Below, piece by piece: positions 48,142 to 60,427 of a DNA stretch of 64,000 bases. How positions within the stretch are numbered: position 1 is the first letter of the stretch; each line of letters starts with the position of its first letter. The notes beneath the pieces are model-generated. The model searched no databases. It saw only the letters and a program-made list of their open reading frames with translations, and was not told the DNA's origin. Source of the DNA: Cetorhinus maximus (lineage: Eukaryota); assembly GCF_964194155.1 (NCBI RefSeq), contig NC_135897.1, forward strand, positions 6,696,001 to 6,760,000. The letters are read 5' to 3'. Made by a program: the position numbers and the translations under genes.

Positions 48142-50224
48142 GTAAGCAGAGAGGAAGGCCTTTAATCAATTATCTTAGTCAGACCGGGCATACCACATCT
48201 AGTTAGTCAGCCTTTAGAAGGTCATTGCACAATTCCAAGTGAGGCACATGCTGAATTGTGAGATGGTGAAGGAGAGTTGGGGGGTAGCCTAGCCAGTGCT
48301 AGTGGAAGAGCTCCAAGAAATCTTATAGCTTAGAGAATAGTGGAAGCACTGAAGAGAATCAAAGTGAATTCCTGAAAGCTGTGGCACACCTTGGTTTAGT
48401 CTCGGGAGGAGTGAAGGAATTATCAAGATCCTGTAAAGTAAAGGGAAACTCTTGGGTGGAATTAAAAGTAGAACGGGGAGTGTCCTGATGAGAGGTTTGG
48501 ATTTAAAGGTAAGTGTTTGTGAAATGTAGTGTTAAATTACTAGTATTTGTATTGTTTAACTCTTGTATAGTAAAGATTTTGGTTTGAAACATGAAATCTT
48601 GTGGCATAATTCTTTTAGTTAATAACTGGGAGTCCAAATTTCTTTTTTAAAAGTTACTAGTCTCCACTGAGGTTGTGACACATTCCAAGCCATTGTTGGC
48701 TGCATATACCCAATCATTCAGTTGATTGTTCAGAGGCTCAGTTATGTAGTATTGTAATAGTATCCTCTATATCTAAAACAAGCCGTAAATGGCCTGAGAA
48801 TGCTAGATACCAGTGCTGAATGGCTGAAATTGGAAAATGTTCAATTTTCCCTGACATTCTTCACCATGACCATCACAGATTTGACACCAAAAGAAATAGA
48901 AGTGATATTTGGGAGGAGGTTTTGTGTTTTGTCAGTAACTATTTGAACATTAGAGTTATTTCTATAAGAGATGATGGACAGGAACAGGTTAAATAGTTAA
49001 CACAGCTTATCTCTGATTGCCTGCTCATACCTCCTGGAAAGGGATTGTAGCTTTGCAGTGGGTTGCGTGACCCATAAACTGCTCAGATTGTAGTTTCTCC
49101 CTACCTCCCACCTTTTTTGTTCACAGAAGTTCAAAGGAAGCCATACATACCTGTGGTTGCAAAGATGTGAAGGCCAGGAAAACACTAAAACCTTTTAACT
49201 AGTGTGACAGCCTTGTTTATAATTCTTATTAAAAAGAGAGGAAAAGAAAAAAACAGATTACACAATAATTCTATGAACTGCAGTCCAGCAGGGATGGAGG
49301 GAAAGTATTTTAAGTTGTCTGCTCTTCAATTGCATTTAATAGGATGAAAATAGCTTAGCTGGTTTGATGCTCAGCCTGTTGAGTGGTTTGAATTTAGAAT
49401 TAGCTAAGAAGGATTATGGACCTTGAATCGTATTTTGCTGGCAATTAGTGGCACATCATGCATTAATTTAGTGTGATACAGACTCGGCCCTATGGAAGCG
49501 AACAAATCTGCACTATCTGATGTTAACCTTTAACTGTCATTGTCAAGTAAGAATTCCCTTCAGCATTGAACAGCAGACAAGGTCTGTGAAGTCAATATAT
49601 AAGATGTGCAGCAGAGATTACTGAGGGAATGCTGTTGGGAGAGACACCCTGGGTCATCATCTCACACACGCAACTGAAGGACCATTGGCAGAAGTCGTAC
49701 AGCAGATTCCTCCCTTGGCTACAGAATGAAGGGGAGCCTGGGTGAGGTGGAGGGAACCAAGTTCAGAACAGGAAAAAAACAAGTAAGGTTTGCCTAACAG
49801 ACTGATTGTTAAAATGGCATGCCCCATTTAATCCTTGTCCTTGGCTGAGCTGGCAGAGTTTTAGCCAGGGTCACAGTAGGAATGCTAAAATTGATCACAG
49901 CGTTGCCGAGCTAGAGAAGACAACCAGTCAACCACATTGAACTTTATTATGCTGCACTCCTTAGAGGATACCTTCATAGCATCCCTGGGATAATTTTATC
50001 AGGCAAAACACCCAGAGCGGAAATGAACAGGTGGGAAGATATGGTCAGAGATAGGATTATAACACTAAGTCAGAAACAGGACTTTTACAGATGGTGGGAA
50101 TAGAAATATAACACCAGACTAAAGATAAGGGTTTAATTTAGGTCAAATGCTTTCACCCCTTCCTCTGATATCTTGAAGCAGGAGCTGTACAAATAAAGCG
50201 ACATGAGTTGCAGGTTTCCCACAG

Positions 50225-50530
50225 ATTCATGGCATTATTCACAGAATCACAGAATTGTTATGGTGCAGAGGGAGGCCATTCGGCCCATCATGCCTGCACC
50301 GGCTCTCCAAATGAGCATCATGACTTGAATGGTGCCATTATCCTGCTTTTTCCCCGTACCCTTGCACATTGTTTCTATTCAAATAATCACCTCATGCCCT
50401 TTGAACGCCTCGATTGAACCTGCCTCCACTACACTTCCAGGCAATGCATTCCGGACTTGAACTACTCGCTGTATGAAAAAGTTTTTTCTCACATCGCATT
50501 TGCTTCTTTTGCAAAACACTTTAAATTATT
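50225..50530 (-). mobile_element. CR1 3' end fragment. Other CR1 pieces at about 43750-44100(+), 61130-61530(-), 62130-62900(-), 63230-63540(+)
   Basis: cacagaatcacagaat...ggaggccattcggcccatc is the reverse complement of the CR1 tail. Confidence 0.65.
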
Positions 50531-52661
50531 GACTACGCCCAGCTGGAAGCTGCTTCATGCAAAGTGACTGTCTTTATGATATCAAAATTCATGGCAGTGT
50601 TTTTTAGCGGATTCCCGAAGCTGTAAACTCACTCTCAACTGGAGCACTGATGTGTAATTCAGGCATTAATGATTATGTTGCTTCTCAAATCCAATGCAAC
50701 AGCTACACATATCAGATCAAAGTTGCAAATCGAAACTGTCAAGTGCTGATCTTTGGAGTCGGAGTAGCAGAAGAGTTAAAAAAAAGGTTGAATGATTCCC
50801 TCCGTCGCCTTGAAATCTAGCCCAGCAGTATTATAAGTCTCGGGCCATTGCAATTAGCCTTTACCTGTCAGCCCTTGTCAAACAGAGGAATGAGTTATTG
50901 GACTGGCTGCTTTGATCACAGTTGCACTTTTTATACATTTAATAGACAACAGCTCAGTGGGAGTGTAAGCTGCATTTCTTGGAAAAAAAACAAAATCAAA
51001 AATTTGCAGGGCCCCTTTACAATTATTAGAAGGTTTTGCAGCACAGTGGGTGGTGTACCTGCCTCAGAGCCAGAAGCTCTGAGATTGAGTCCTACTCCAG
51101 GACTTGATGCTTAAGGAAGGCATGTTCATAACATGGCCAAACAGGTTGATTATCATCCTGCCAATTCTTCCCACACACACCAATGGCAGGTGGTAAGAGC
51201 AGGAGAGATTCCTAGTCAGCCATGTGATGGAAAGAAATTGGAGCCTCTACTATCATTATCCTCCAAACCACAACATGCGTGTAAAAGTGCATGTTGTCAC
51301 GGCAATACAGACTCCCTGAGTGAACTGTAACACAGCACCACCCACTGTTGTTGTTTGTGAGTTATCACATTACAGCTCAATACTCAATTATTGTGGAAGG
51401 ACTGACTGATGGTGCCCCTGTCATACTATTGTCAGGGTGGGACACACTCAAGGTGCTCAATGGTAGTGCAAGTCTCAGCTCAGGCAGGCAGGCTTCGTAT
51501 TTACCTTTTGAATGCAGTATCAGTAATCAGACTTCCCCAGGCAGCTTTAGCACAAATTAGATACAAATTGAAACTCATTCCACACTGTTCCATCAAACAC
51601 ACCAAGGGAAGATACAGCATTGATTAGTTACAGAGGGGTCAATTTTAATTCATAATGGATTCCCATTGGGAAACTGCTCCAACAATTTGATTTCCTGCAG
51701 ACAAAGGCAGCTGGAAACAAGTAGTTTAATTGTAAGGCCTTACGTAAAGGCCACCCATCCACCTTATACCAAAGGGACATGAAGAATCTTGAGAGCAGCT
51801 GCTGGCAGGTGAAAATTGGGCAATGAAGGACTTTCAGATAAGTGGCATGGCAGTGAATCCAGCAGAGTCTCACAGAAAGAAAGTCTGGGGCAGGGGATGC
51901 AACAACTTAACTTGTGGGGCCCAAAGGAGCACTCCCACTGCCCACTGCAAAGGAAAGTTCTAGACTTAGCTGAAAGCCCATTCTGACCTCAGATCAACCA
52001 CAGGCCACTTTGTCCCAGCAGGAAAGCCATGCAACCCCCCCACTCGGGGGCCCAGTTAAAAATTGTATTGTGGTCCTGACCACAAAATAAGACTCCAATT
52101 TGCGTGAATTTAGGTGGTCGCACTCACCTGCCTGCAAACTCAACAGGTTGACATGAGGAATGGCCAGCTTCTAAGCGGATAAATAATCTGTTCATTTTCA
52201 ACTGCCAACCTGCCCACTTTCAACTGGGTGGGTAAGGTTCAAACCAAACCTGAAATCAAGGCATCTCTGCATTGTCCAATCAGAGACTCTTAGGTTAGGT
52301 GCAGTGTGGGTTAGGTACTGAGCAAAGCTTCCTCTAATACATCCCCTTTGTACTTTGCTTAGTGCCCAGTGACTGCTCACGGTGCTTCTTACACCAACTG
52401 GGTTTGTGGTCGCGTCAGTTCAATTCATTTTTGCTGTCAACCTCAATAAATCCCTGAGCAGCAATAACGAATAAAAATAATCGAGGTAGAAATTGGTGAA
52501 TTTGATTATTCTTCTTTGCAACTTCGTGGCTTTTGAAAAGGGTTCCTGATGGTGAAGAATCTTAGATCTAAGCCTTCGTTCTGTGTGCTTAATGTGTTGT
52601 AAATGGCTATGGCAAGAGGCAAGTCAGTTTATAACGAGTGAAGCTGGGGCCATTTTCACAG

Positions 52662-52861
52662 GAGTTTCGTGGAAAATTGGACGCCGTTCAGGATGTAATC
52701 AGCTCTTTGAGGAACCAGCTGGGGGAGAGTGAGAGTGAACGGAGGCTACTGGAGCAGGAGATGGTGAAGCTGAGAGGGGAAGCTGAAGATTCAAGCCGAG
52801 TGAGAGACGACGCCAAGAGAGATGCTGCCCGCTACCGATCCTCTTGGGAAATCATTGGAAG
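52662..52861 (+). CDS. CROCC2: Rootletin-family exon 10 in window
   Basis: ttttcacag| EFRGKLDAVQDVISSLRNQLGESESERRLLEQ...SSWEIIG ag|gtgaga; 200 bp, phase 0/2. Confidence 0.9.
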
Positions 52862-53043
52862 GTGAGAGTTGGCATTCTGCTTGGAGAGGGCAGGATGAAC
52901 CAAGCTTTGTTAGTGATGAATTCAGGGCTGTGCCATTGAGTGTGAAAGAGACATTTCTACTGTTTCACGATATAATCAAAGTGAGATAACTGAATCCAGG
53001 TTTCATCTTTTGCCTGTTGACACCATCCATTTGTGAAGACATT

Positions 53044-53703
53044 AGCCTGAATTTTACAAGAGTCATGGATACCCCGATGTCAGGGTGAAAAATGGCCCCA
53101 AACCCGCACCTGTCCACAGCAAGAGGAGCTCGGAGATTTTACTATAGGCAGCCTCCTAATTGGCTGCGTGTGGGCCCACTATCTAGCCTAGAATGGTGGA
53201 TGCTACTTGCTCAATGAAGCCTCAGCAGTGTCACTGAGAGAGGTGGTGGTCACTGCTGAGATATACAGGAGATCACAGGAGCCAGGTCAGGCAAGTAAAG
53301 CAAAAATGAAATCACCATGCTAAGTGTCAAAGTGGGAACCCCACCAGGGAGATTGTTGGGGATGCAGGAGGCTGCCTTCCATGCCCACGGCCCTTCTTAG
53401 GGACATCGAGCTGACACTCCGGCTGCCACAGGAAGATCGCCTCCATTTAGCTGGCGGCCCCCCCCATGTGACGGGTTTTACTGTGTCATCAGCAAATGCC
53501 AGCTGTAAAATGACCCCTAATTGGGCCTTTATATATGGAAATTGGCAGCCTGCCTCCTTGAAGCAAGCAGCCTCTCCATTTCTGGTTCCATGGCTGGGAA
53601 AGTGCCCCATCAGCAGGATCACGTCACGAGCCAATTCATTACAGCTCTGTGCAATTTTTCCCTCTGCTCTCCCCACCTCCTGGGGGCTGGTAAAATCCTG
53701 ACC
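53044..53703. mobile_element. Harbinger-type MITE, 660 bp, TSD ATT
   Basis: att|agcctgaattttac ... gtaaaatcctgacc|att. Confidence 0.72.
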
Positions 53704-55632
53704 ATTTTGATTTTTTTTTTTGTAAAACGATATCGCAGACGTACAGAATTCCTATGAAATGGAAATGTTAAGATCTAAAGGTGGCATCTCCGACAATACG
53801 GCATTCTCTCAGTACTTCAGTGCTTTGTCAGCCCCGATCTTTGTGCTTAATCGCTGGAGTGGAACTTGGACCCCTAATCTTCTGACTCAGTGCTATCCAC
53901 TGAGCCACAGCTGGAAACCAATGGTTTCTGAATTTGAGTCAATTTCCTCACTGCTGCCCAGAAAATTAATTGGAAATGGATTTAAACAGAGAATGCCACT
54001 TTGTGCATCCAAATAAATTTAAGGAACACATTTCTTAATAGCTTCGAGACTGTAGAGTGTATTCATGTGAACACTCATGCATTGGTCAGGGAAAAAAAGA
54101 TTGCTTTGTGGATTTCTGCCAATTGGAAACTCAAAGCCTCTTTGTAGAGATGGCAATGTGGCCTAGTGGGTAGAAGAACACCTAGTAAGATTGTTGTGTT
54201 TTTGGCTCACATTCCATCCGGAGTCTTTTTTTATTTTTAAAGCAATTCTATAAAGATCCGACCTTGCTGAAGAACCACTCCGATTAATTAGTGAATCTCA
54301 CAAAACGGTCCATCGTTTACGCGTCCTGATCATGTATTTAATTTCTCACCTTAGGGCAGGTTTCCTTAAGAAAACCAATGTATGACCCCTCACCGGCAAA
54401 CCTGTGCTTCCTATGAAGTAAAAAGGAACATTGTGCTCAGAGTTATTTGCACGCCTTTGATGAGCAGGCCCATTAATTGCTTCTAGATTACACATGAGAC
54501 TCCCTGATGCATATCCACATCTCTTCAGAAGGTGTGTGTAAGACAGGAAATGCTGGAAATGCTTAGCAGATCAGGCAGCATTGGTGGAGAGAGAGAGGAA
54601 AACAGAGTTAATGTTTCAGGTCAATAACCATTTCAGATGATTGATTTCAGTTGTGCCGCACTCTTGTAACACACTAACTTACCAAACAACTTTATCATCA
54701 AGTAGAACCTTTTCCAGCAACAAGCATTACCAGTTAAAGTCAGCCCAGCTGATAAATCAGCTTTTGAACCAGTTTATGAAAGGCTTAAAAAAAAGTAAAC
54801 CCATCAGTCGAATTTCTTTGGTCTTCTTTGCAGATCTTTCAAAGGTTGACACATGTTGCTCAGAAAGAGAGTGACTGCTAATTACAATACCTACCAGCCC
54901 TATTTCCACATCTCTTGTGCATAGGTCAAAGCTTTTCCTAATTATTAGATCAGATGTCCTTACACCTAGAAAAATGTTCACACTGAAATAGCAATCAGGA
55001 TTATAGTGCCTAGGTCTCAGAGTAGGACTTGAACCCACAACCTTCTCACTCAAGAGGTTAGAGCACTGTCAAAAGAGCCATTTCCATTCCATTTGTGCTC
55101 TGCCTGAAGGCAGGCCCTTGGCTCATTCTCCCAAAATGCTTCATCCTTAGCTGTTATCTTGGTAGCTTTTGTCAGTGGTGGTTCTGTTGTTGCCTTCCAC
55201 TCTTAGGAGCAAGGCAAGGAGGCAAGTCCTGAGACCTCAGCCAGAACAGGAATTGAACCTGTGCTGTTAGTGTTATATTCTGAACCAAATGTTAGCCATC
55301 TAGCCAACTGAGCAAACTAGCCTCCTCCCAGAGGTTATAGGTCAGGAAATTGTGCAATTGCAGCCCATTATTTTCCATCTATAAAACTAAAGGTTAGAAA
55401 TCATTGGCTGTAAGAAATCAGTATTTCTTGAGTCTTCTTTCCTGAGACTGTTGACAGCATCCAATCACATGAAACCCCAGATATCTGAATTGATTAAAAT
55501 CTGTGCCATTATAGCCGATCACGGCTGACCCTCCTCTGCTGTTGACAGTTATGAATCACACCACAGTCAACATGTTGATAAGATCCATTAAAAATGTTCT
55601 TTTCCACCCTGTGCCTTTTCTTTCCCTTTCAG

Positions 55633-55815
55633 TGAGAAAGGTAACTTGGAGAAGTTGGTGCATTCGCTGAACCAGCAAATCGATAATTTACAGCTGGATG
55701 TGGAGCGGCTGAAAGCAGCAAATGGCGATTTGCAACACCAGCGGGATCACCTCGAAGATGAGAAGGAGGAATTACACAAAGACAAGGAGCAAACCAAGAA
55801 AGAAGCTGAGAGAGG
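55633..55815 (+). CDS. CROCC2: Rootletin-family exon 11 in window
   Basis: Long pyrimidine tract + tttcag| (S)EKGNLEKLVHSLNQQ...QRDHLEDEKEELHKDKEQTKKEAER gg|gtgagc; 183 bp, phase 2/2. Confidence 0.9.
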
Positions 55816-55969
55816 GTGAGCAGACAGCTGTGGGGATTGTTTACACGTTAACAAGTTAATATTGATGGAGCTGATGAGCATTGGCTGGTTGAGCGTTGAT
55901 GGGCGTTGGCTGGTTGAGCGTTGATGGACGTTGGTTGGTTGTACTCCCTTTAACTTAGCTTACAAAAGG

Positions 55970-58300
55970 TGACTGATGAAGGACAACATAATGGACTTGT
56001 TCGCAAAATTAAAGCACATGGTATTAAAGGGACTGTCGCAGTTGCATAAAAATTAGCTACAGGACAGGAGACAAAGAGTAATGGTGAATGGTTGTTTTTT
56101 AGATTGCACAGAAGTACACAGTGTTGTTGCCCAGCAGATTGGTATTAGATCCACTGCTCTTTTTGGTTTATATTAATGACATGGACTTTGTTATGCAGGG
56201 CAGAATTTTGAAGTTTGCAGATGGTATGAAACTTGGAAAGGTAGTAAACAGTGAGGAGGATTGTTGCAGACTTCAGGAGAGCGTCAACAGACTGGTGAAA
56301 TTGGCAGACACTTGGCAGATGAATTTTAATGCAGCGAAGTTTGAAACAAACCATTTTGGCAGGAAGAATAAGAAGAACCAATGGGTCAGATCTTCCGGTA
56401 TCGGGAGCGGTGATGCACAGGACTTATGCTGTTGGTGCGCATCTGGACCCAGAGGAAGTCCTGATGTGCACTCAGATGCTGTGTTTAAACTTCTGGCGGA
56501 CTGATTTGCACTGCCTCAGGCACTCTGTGAATGCCACTTACACTTTTCCGTTTTTGAGACTTGGATATGTGCTAATTATCTGAATACTTAGCTTAGAGCT
56601 GTTTGCTTCATCTTGCGTTCAGGGTCTAGATGGGGTTTCTTTAGGGTTTGCCTGTTACCTGAAGAATACTACCATAGACTATTGTTTGTAAGAACCATTC
56701 TTGTTTATTTACAGATCTATGTCTATCTCAGTACTCTACACGATGTTGTACCTCTGCTTCTCACCAGATTGCAGTTACTTAATCATGTGACATTGCATCA
56801 CAGTTACATCAGCAATTACATCAGTATTAAGCATTGCTTACAATGTTTAATCTCTGCTGTACGTCAGTGATTAATAGTGCAATCCAGCACACGTACCACC
56901 AACCCAAATCAACTAGCCAACCCGACCCCTCTGGACTAACCATCCAAACCCCCACCCTTCCGCCACCCCCAGTCTACCACTCGCATCCCATTACCCAATA
57001 CTCACCCATTCACCCACCCACCCTGGGTGTTTCCTCTTGTGGATGAGTCCAGAACTAGGGGGCACTGTCTTAAAATTTGGGGTTGCTCTTTTAGAACTGA
57101 GATAAGGAGAATTTTTTTCTCTCAGAGGGTTGTGCTACAGAAGACAGTGAAGGCAGGGTCATTGAATATTTTTAAGGCAGAGGTGGATAGATTCTTGTTA
57201 GGCAAGGGAATCAAAGGTTATCAGGGGTAGATGGGAATGTGGAATTTGAAACACAAACAGATCAGCCATGATCTTATTGAATGGTGAAGCAGGCTCGAGG
57301 GGCCGAATGGCCTACTTCTGCTCCTATTTCATATGCTCAAATATCCGTATGTTCACCTACTTTCATCCCTCACACACTCTCATACCCTCACCCCCTCTCT
57401 CACCCCTTCAAAACTTACCTGAATACAGCAGCTGATGCGGTAAAAAGTGGGCATGTCTTCTGCACTGTTCCTCTTCGCAGGGATCACTGCTGCAATCAGG
57501 ATCAGAAGTGCTGGCTGAAAGTGCACGAAAAGGCAAGCACGCAATGATGGCTGTAGTCAGCAACAGTGCACATAACATTACCGCTGATCAGAAGGTCTGA
57601 CCCAATAGGAACTAAATGGCACAATTTTAAAGGGGATACAGGAACAGAGAAACCTGGGGGTGAACGTATACAAATCTTTTAAGATGGCAGGAGAAGTTGA
57701 TAAGGTTGTTAAAACAGCATCTGTGAACTTTTGCTTTATTAATAGAGTAATACAGTACAAAAGGGAGGAAGTTATGCTCATTCTTTAGTTAGGCCTCAGC
57801 TGGACTATTGTGTCCAGTCTTGGACACCACCCCTTTAAAAGACGTGAAGACACTGGGAAGGGTGCAGAGGAGATTTATTAGTTGCTATCAGGCAAGAGGG
57901 ACTTCATGTTATCTGGAGAGACTGAAGAACCTGAGATCGTACTCTGTAAAGCAGAGGTTAAGGGGAGATTTAATGGAGCTGTTCAGAATTATGAAGGGTT
58001 TTGATAGAGTGAATTAGGAAAAGCTGTTCCCACTGGTGGGATGGTTAATAACCAGAGGACACAGATATAAGGTAAATGACAGAAGAACCAGAAGGGAGAT
58101 GTGGTAAACAAAACACACTGCGAGTGATTATGATGTGGAGTGCATTGACAGCAAAGATGGCAGAAGGAAATTCAATCGTAATTTTCAAAAGGGAATTGAA
58201 TAAGTACAGGGAAAGGAAAAGATGCAGGGTTATGGGGAAAGAGTAGGGGAGTGAGACTAATTAGTTAGCTCTTTCAAAGAACTAATACATCGATATGATT
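55970..58300 (+). mobile_element. CR1 LINE RT/3' portion split by a Harbinger element
   Basis: VLDPLLFLVYINDMD...KFADG...WQMNFNAAK...HFGRKN, resuming at 57604 (aactaaatggcacaattttaaagggg...RLRGDLMELFRIMKGFDRV). Confidence 0.85.
56383..57603. mobile_element. Non-autonomous Harbinger element, TSD AAT; contains a CR1 3' fragment at about 57025-57335
   Basis: aat|gggtcagatcttccgg ... tcagaaggtctgaccc|aat; inner CR1 FPLVDESRTRGHCLK...aggggccgaatggcctacttctgctcc. Confidence 0.88.
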
Positions 58301-59288
58301 TCCTTCTGAGCACTAGAATTCTGTGATAGTTCCCAAAATTTGGGATGGATGTCACGCCTTGGACATTGTGATGGACAGCAGTTCTGCCCTACCACCTTCC
58401 TGGCATCTCAACAACGCCACAGAAATTATCGACTGAAGTGTCAGGCTTGTCGTACTGAAGCCCAAACTTGTCCTTGCCTGGCATCCCACATGCTTGCATT
58501 TCACAGAATGTTTCCTAATTAGTAACCAAGAGCTGGATTTTGGCTGATTTTTACTCTCTGCTCCTTAATCCAGGAAGTGAGCCCTGTTGTCTCACATAAC
58601 TGTCTCCGTCCCATTAAGGGCAATTTAGTGATGGGCAATAAAGCCAGCGATGCCCACATCCCATGAATGAATAATAATTTTTAAAAATTAACTCAGCAGA
58701 GACTGAAACTGGGACCTAGGACCTGCCTGGCCTAGTGGCTCAGTTCTCTACTGGGCAATTCCGGGCCATAAAGGGAGTAAACTACATAATCTAGCCTGAC
58801 ACTTCAGTGCAGTACTGAGGGAGTGCTGCACTGTTGGAGATGCCATCTTTTGGATGATGTGTTAAACCAGGGCCCTGTTTGGCCTCTCAGCTGAACATAA
58901 ACAATCCCATGGCACTAGTTTGATCTGGGTATTATCACATTGCTGTTTTGGGGGAGCTTACTGTACACAAATTAGCTGCCACATTTCCTAAATTACAACT
59001 GTGATTACACTTCGAAGGTATTTACTTGCCTGTAAAGTGTTTTGAGAGGGTGTGAGATGTGCTATATAGGGGGAGAGGAGTTAAAACATCTAGTGGTCTG
59101 CTTGTTAATCACTGCTTAAGTTGAAAACATTTCTTCAATAAAATTGAGCCTTTTTTTTTAGTTTTCCAAACAAAACCAGCATAGCTAGACGTTGTCATTT
59201 ACCTTGTCATTTCATAGGATATTAAGATGCTTCTCCTCTTACGGCTTTCTTTACTGTCGTCTGGATGTCAGCAATTGTGTCCTTACAG

Positions 59289-59433
59289 GCAAAAGGCATT
59301 GGAGCTGATGGAAGTCAAGAACTCGGCTTTGAGAAAAGAGTTGGTCGTTGTTAAAGAAGCCTTGAACAAAGCTACATTGGAAAAGGAGGTGCTACAGAAC
59401 GAGAAGGCAGACTTAGCTGAGGCTCTCAGTAAG
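59289..59433 (+). CDS. CROCC2: Rootletin-family exon 12 in window
   Basis: ccttacag| (G)QKALELMEVKNSALRKELVVVKEALNKATLEKEVLQNEKADLAEALSK |gtatgt; 145 bp, phase 2/0. Confidence 0.9.
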
Positions 59434-60280
59434 GTATGTAGCACAGGATGTAAGAACCCAAGAAATACAGGGCATAAAGTGCAAGGGGATGATTGGCTAA
59501 GACTTTCAAGCAAGATATGCGCTATGGAGTGTATCCTTCAAATAAAGGGCATAAAGCGAGAGGGGCACTTCTCCGAGATTCAAATAGAATGCTTGCACAG
59601 TTGCATGGCCCCTTGAGGATTTCAATACTATTAAAGTCACGGTATCTCCTGGATTTATGCCATCTTGACAGAAGGTAAGAATGACCCCTGGGAGCTAAAA
59701 ATAATAATGGTGACAACAAATAATTTTAAGTGGAGGCCTTGAGAGACCATTCTGAGTAGATTGACAATATAGTACTATTCATTATTAACCAGATACTCAT
59801 CGCCTCTGGCCTACATGAATTATGAGTGCTGCATCTTAATTTATTTTCACTTCATTAGGAGATTTGTGTTATTGTTTCAGTTTCTAAACCCCTAAATTCA
59901 CTGGATTAACTCCTGTTTAAATTATTGTTCAATTTCGCAAGACATTTTGTTTGTTTTACTTGGTGTTGGCTCACTTACATAAATCCCTTTTAATACGGTC
60001 ATAACCCCTTGTTGATGCAGTAAAACGTTGGATAGTTTGAATAATGGAATCCACATGCATTTGGTTTAGTAACAGTTTTATCATTAAGGAAGATTCTTCC
60101 TTAAGATTTTTTTCTTTGTATGCATGTAATGGGTTTCTAAAGTACATTGAATTCTCCTTCTGTCTTTGTGGATGTATAAGGTTGTATTTGACCTCTATGA
60201 CTTGTTGTGTAAATTGTTTGTGTTTTTTTCCTGTTAATGCATTTCTTCTCATGAATGTTCTCTCCTTTTTGATCTTGTAG

Positions 60281-60427
60281 GCTGAGCTGACTAATGCAGA
60301 CTTAGAGTTGTCCTTGAGCAAGCTAAAGACCGAAGAAGATGCCCTGCGAGACTCTCTTGCCAAGATTAGCGCACTAAATGAAGGCCTAGCTCTGGATAAG
60401 GTTGAATTAAACCGCATCCTCCTTCGG
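60281..60427 (+). CDS. CROCC2: Rootletin-family exon 13 in window; gene continues beyond the window
   Basis: cttgtag| AELTNADLELSLSKLKTEEDALRDSLAKISALNEGLALDKVELNRILLR |gtgaga; 147 bp, phase 0/0; resembles rootletin LRDSLxKxSALNExLAxDK. Confidence 0.92.

Noticed and set aside
48200-48680. Additional LTR ending ...gttgtgaca
   Set aside because: The 3' end looks LTR-like, but I found no matching TG start or TSD.
59227-59288. Signal-peptide-like start MLLLLRLSLLSSGC of ORF 59227-59616
   Set aside because: It is the translated polypyrimidine tract upstream of the exon 12 acceptor.
59971-60417. Minus-strand ORFs overlapping exons (also 24625-24858, 47880-48092, 59283-59513)
   Set aside because: Antisense shadows of real + strand exons, with no independent coding signal.
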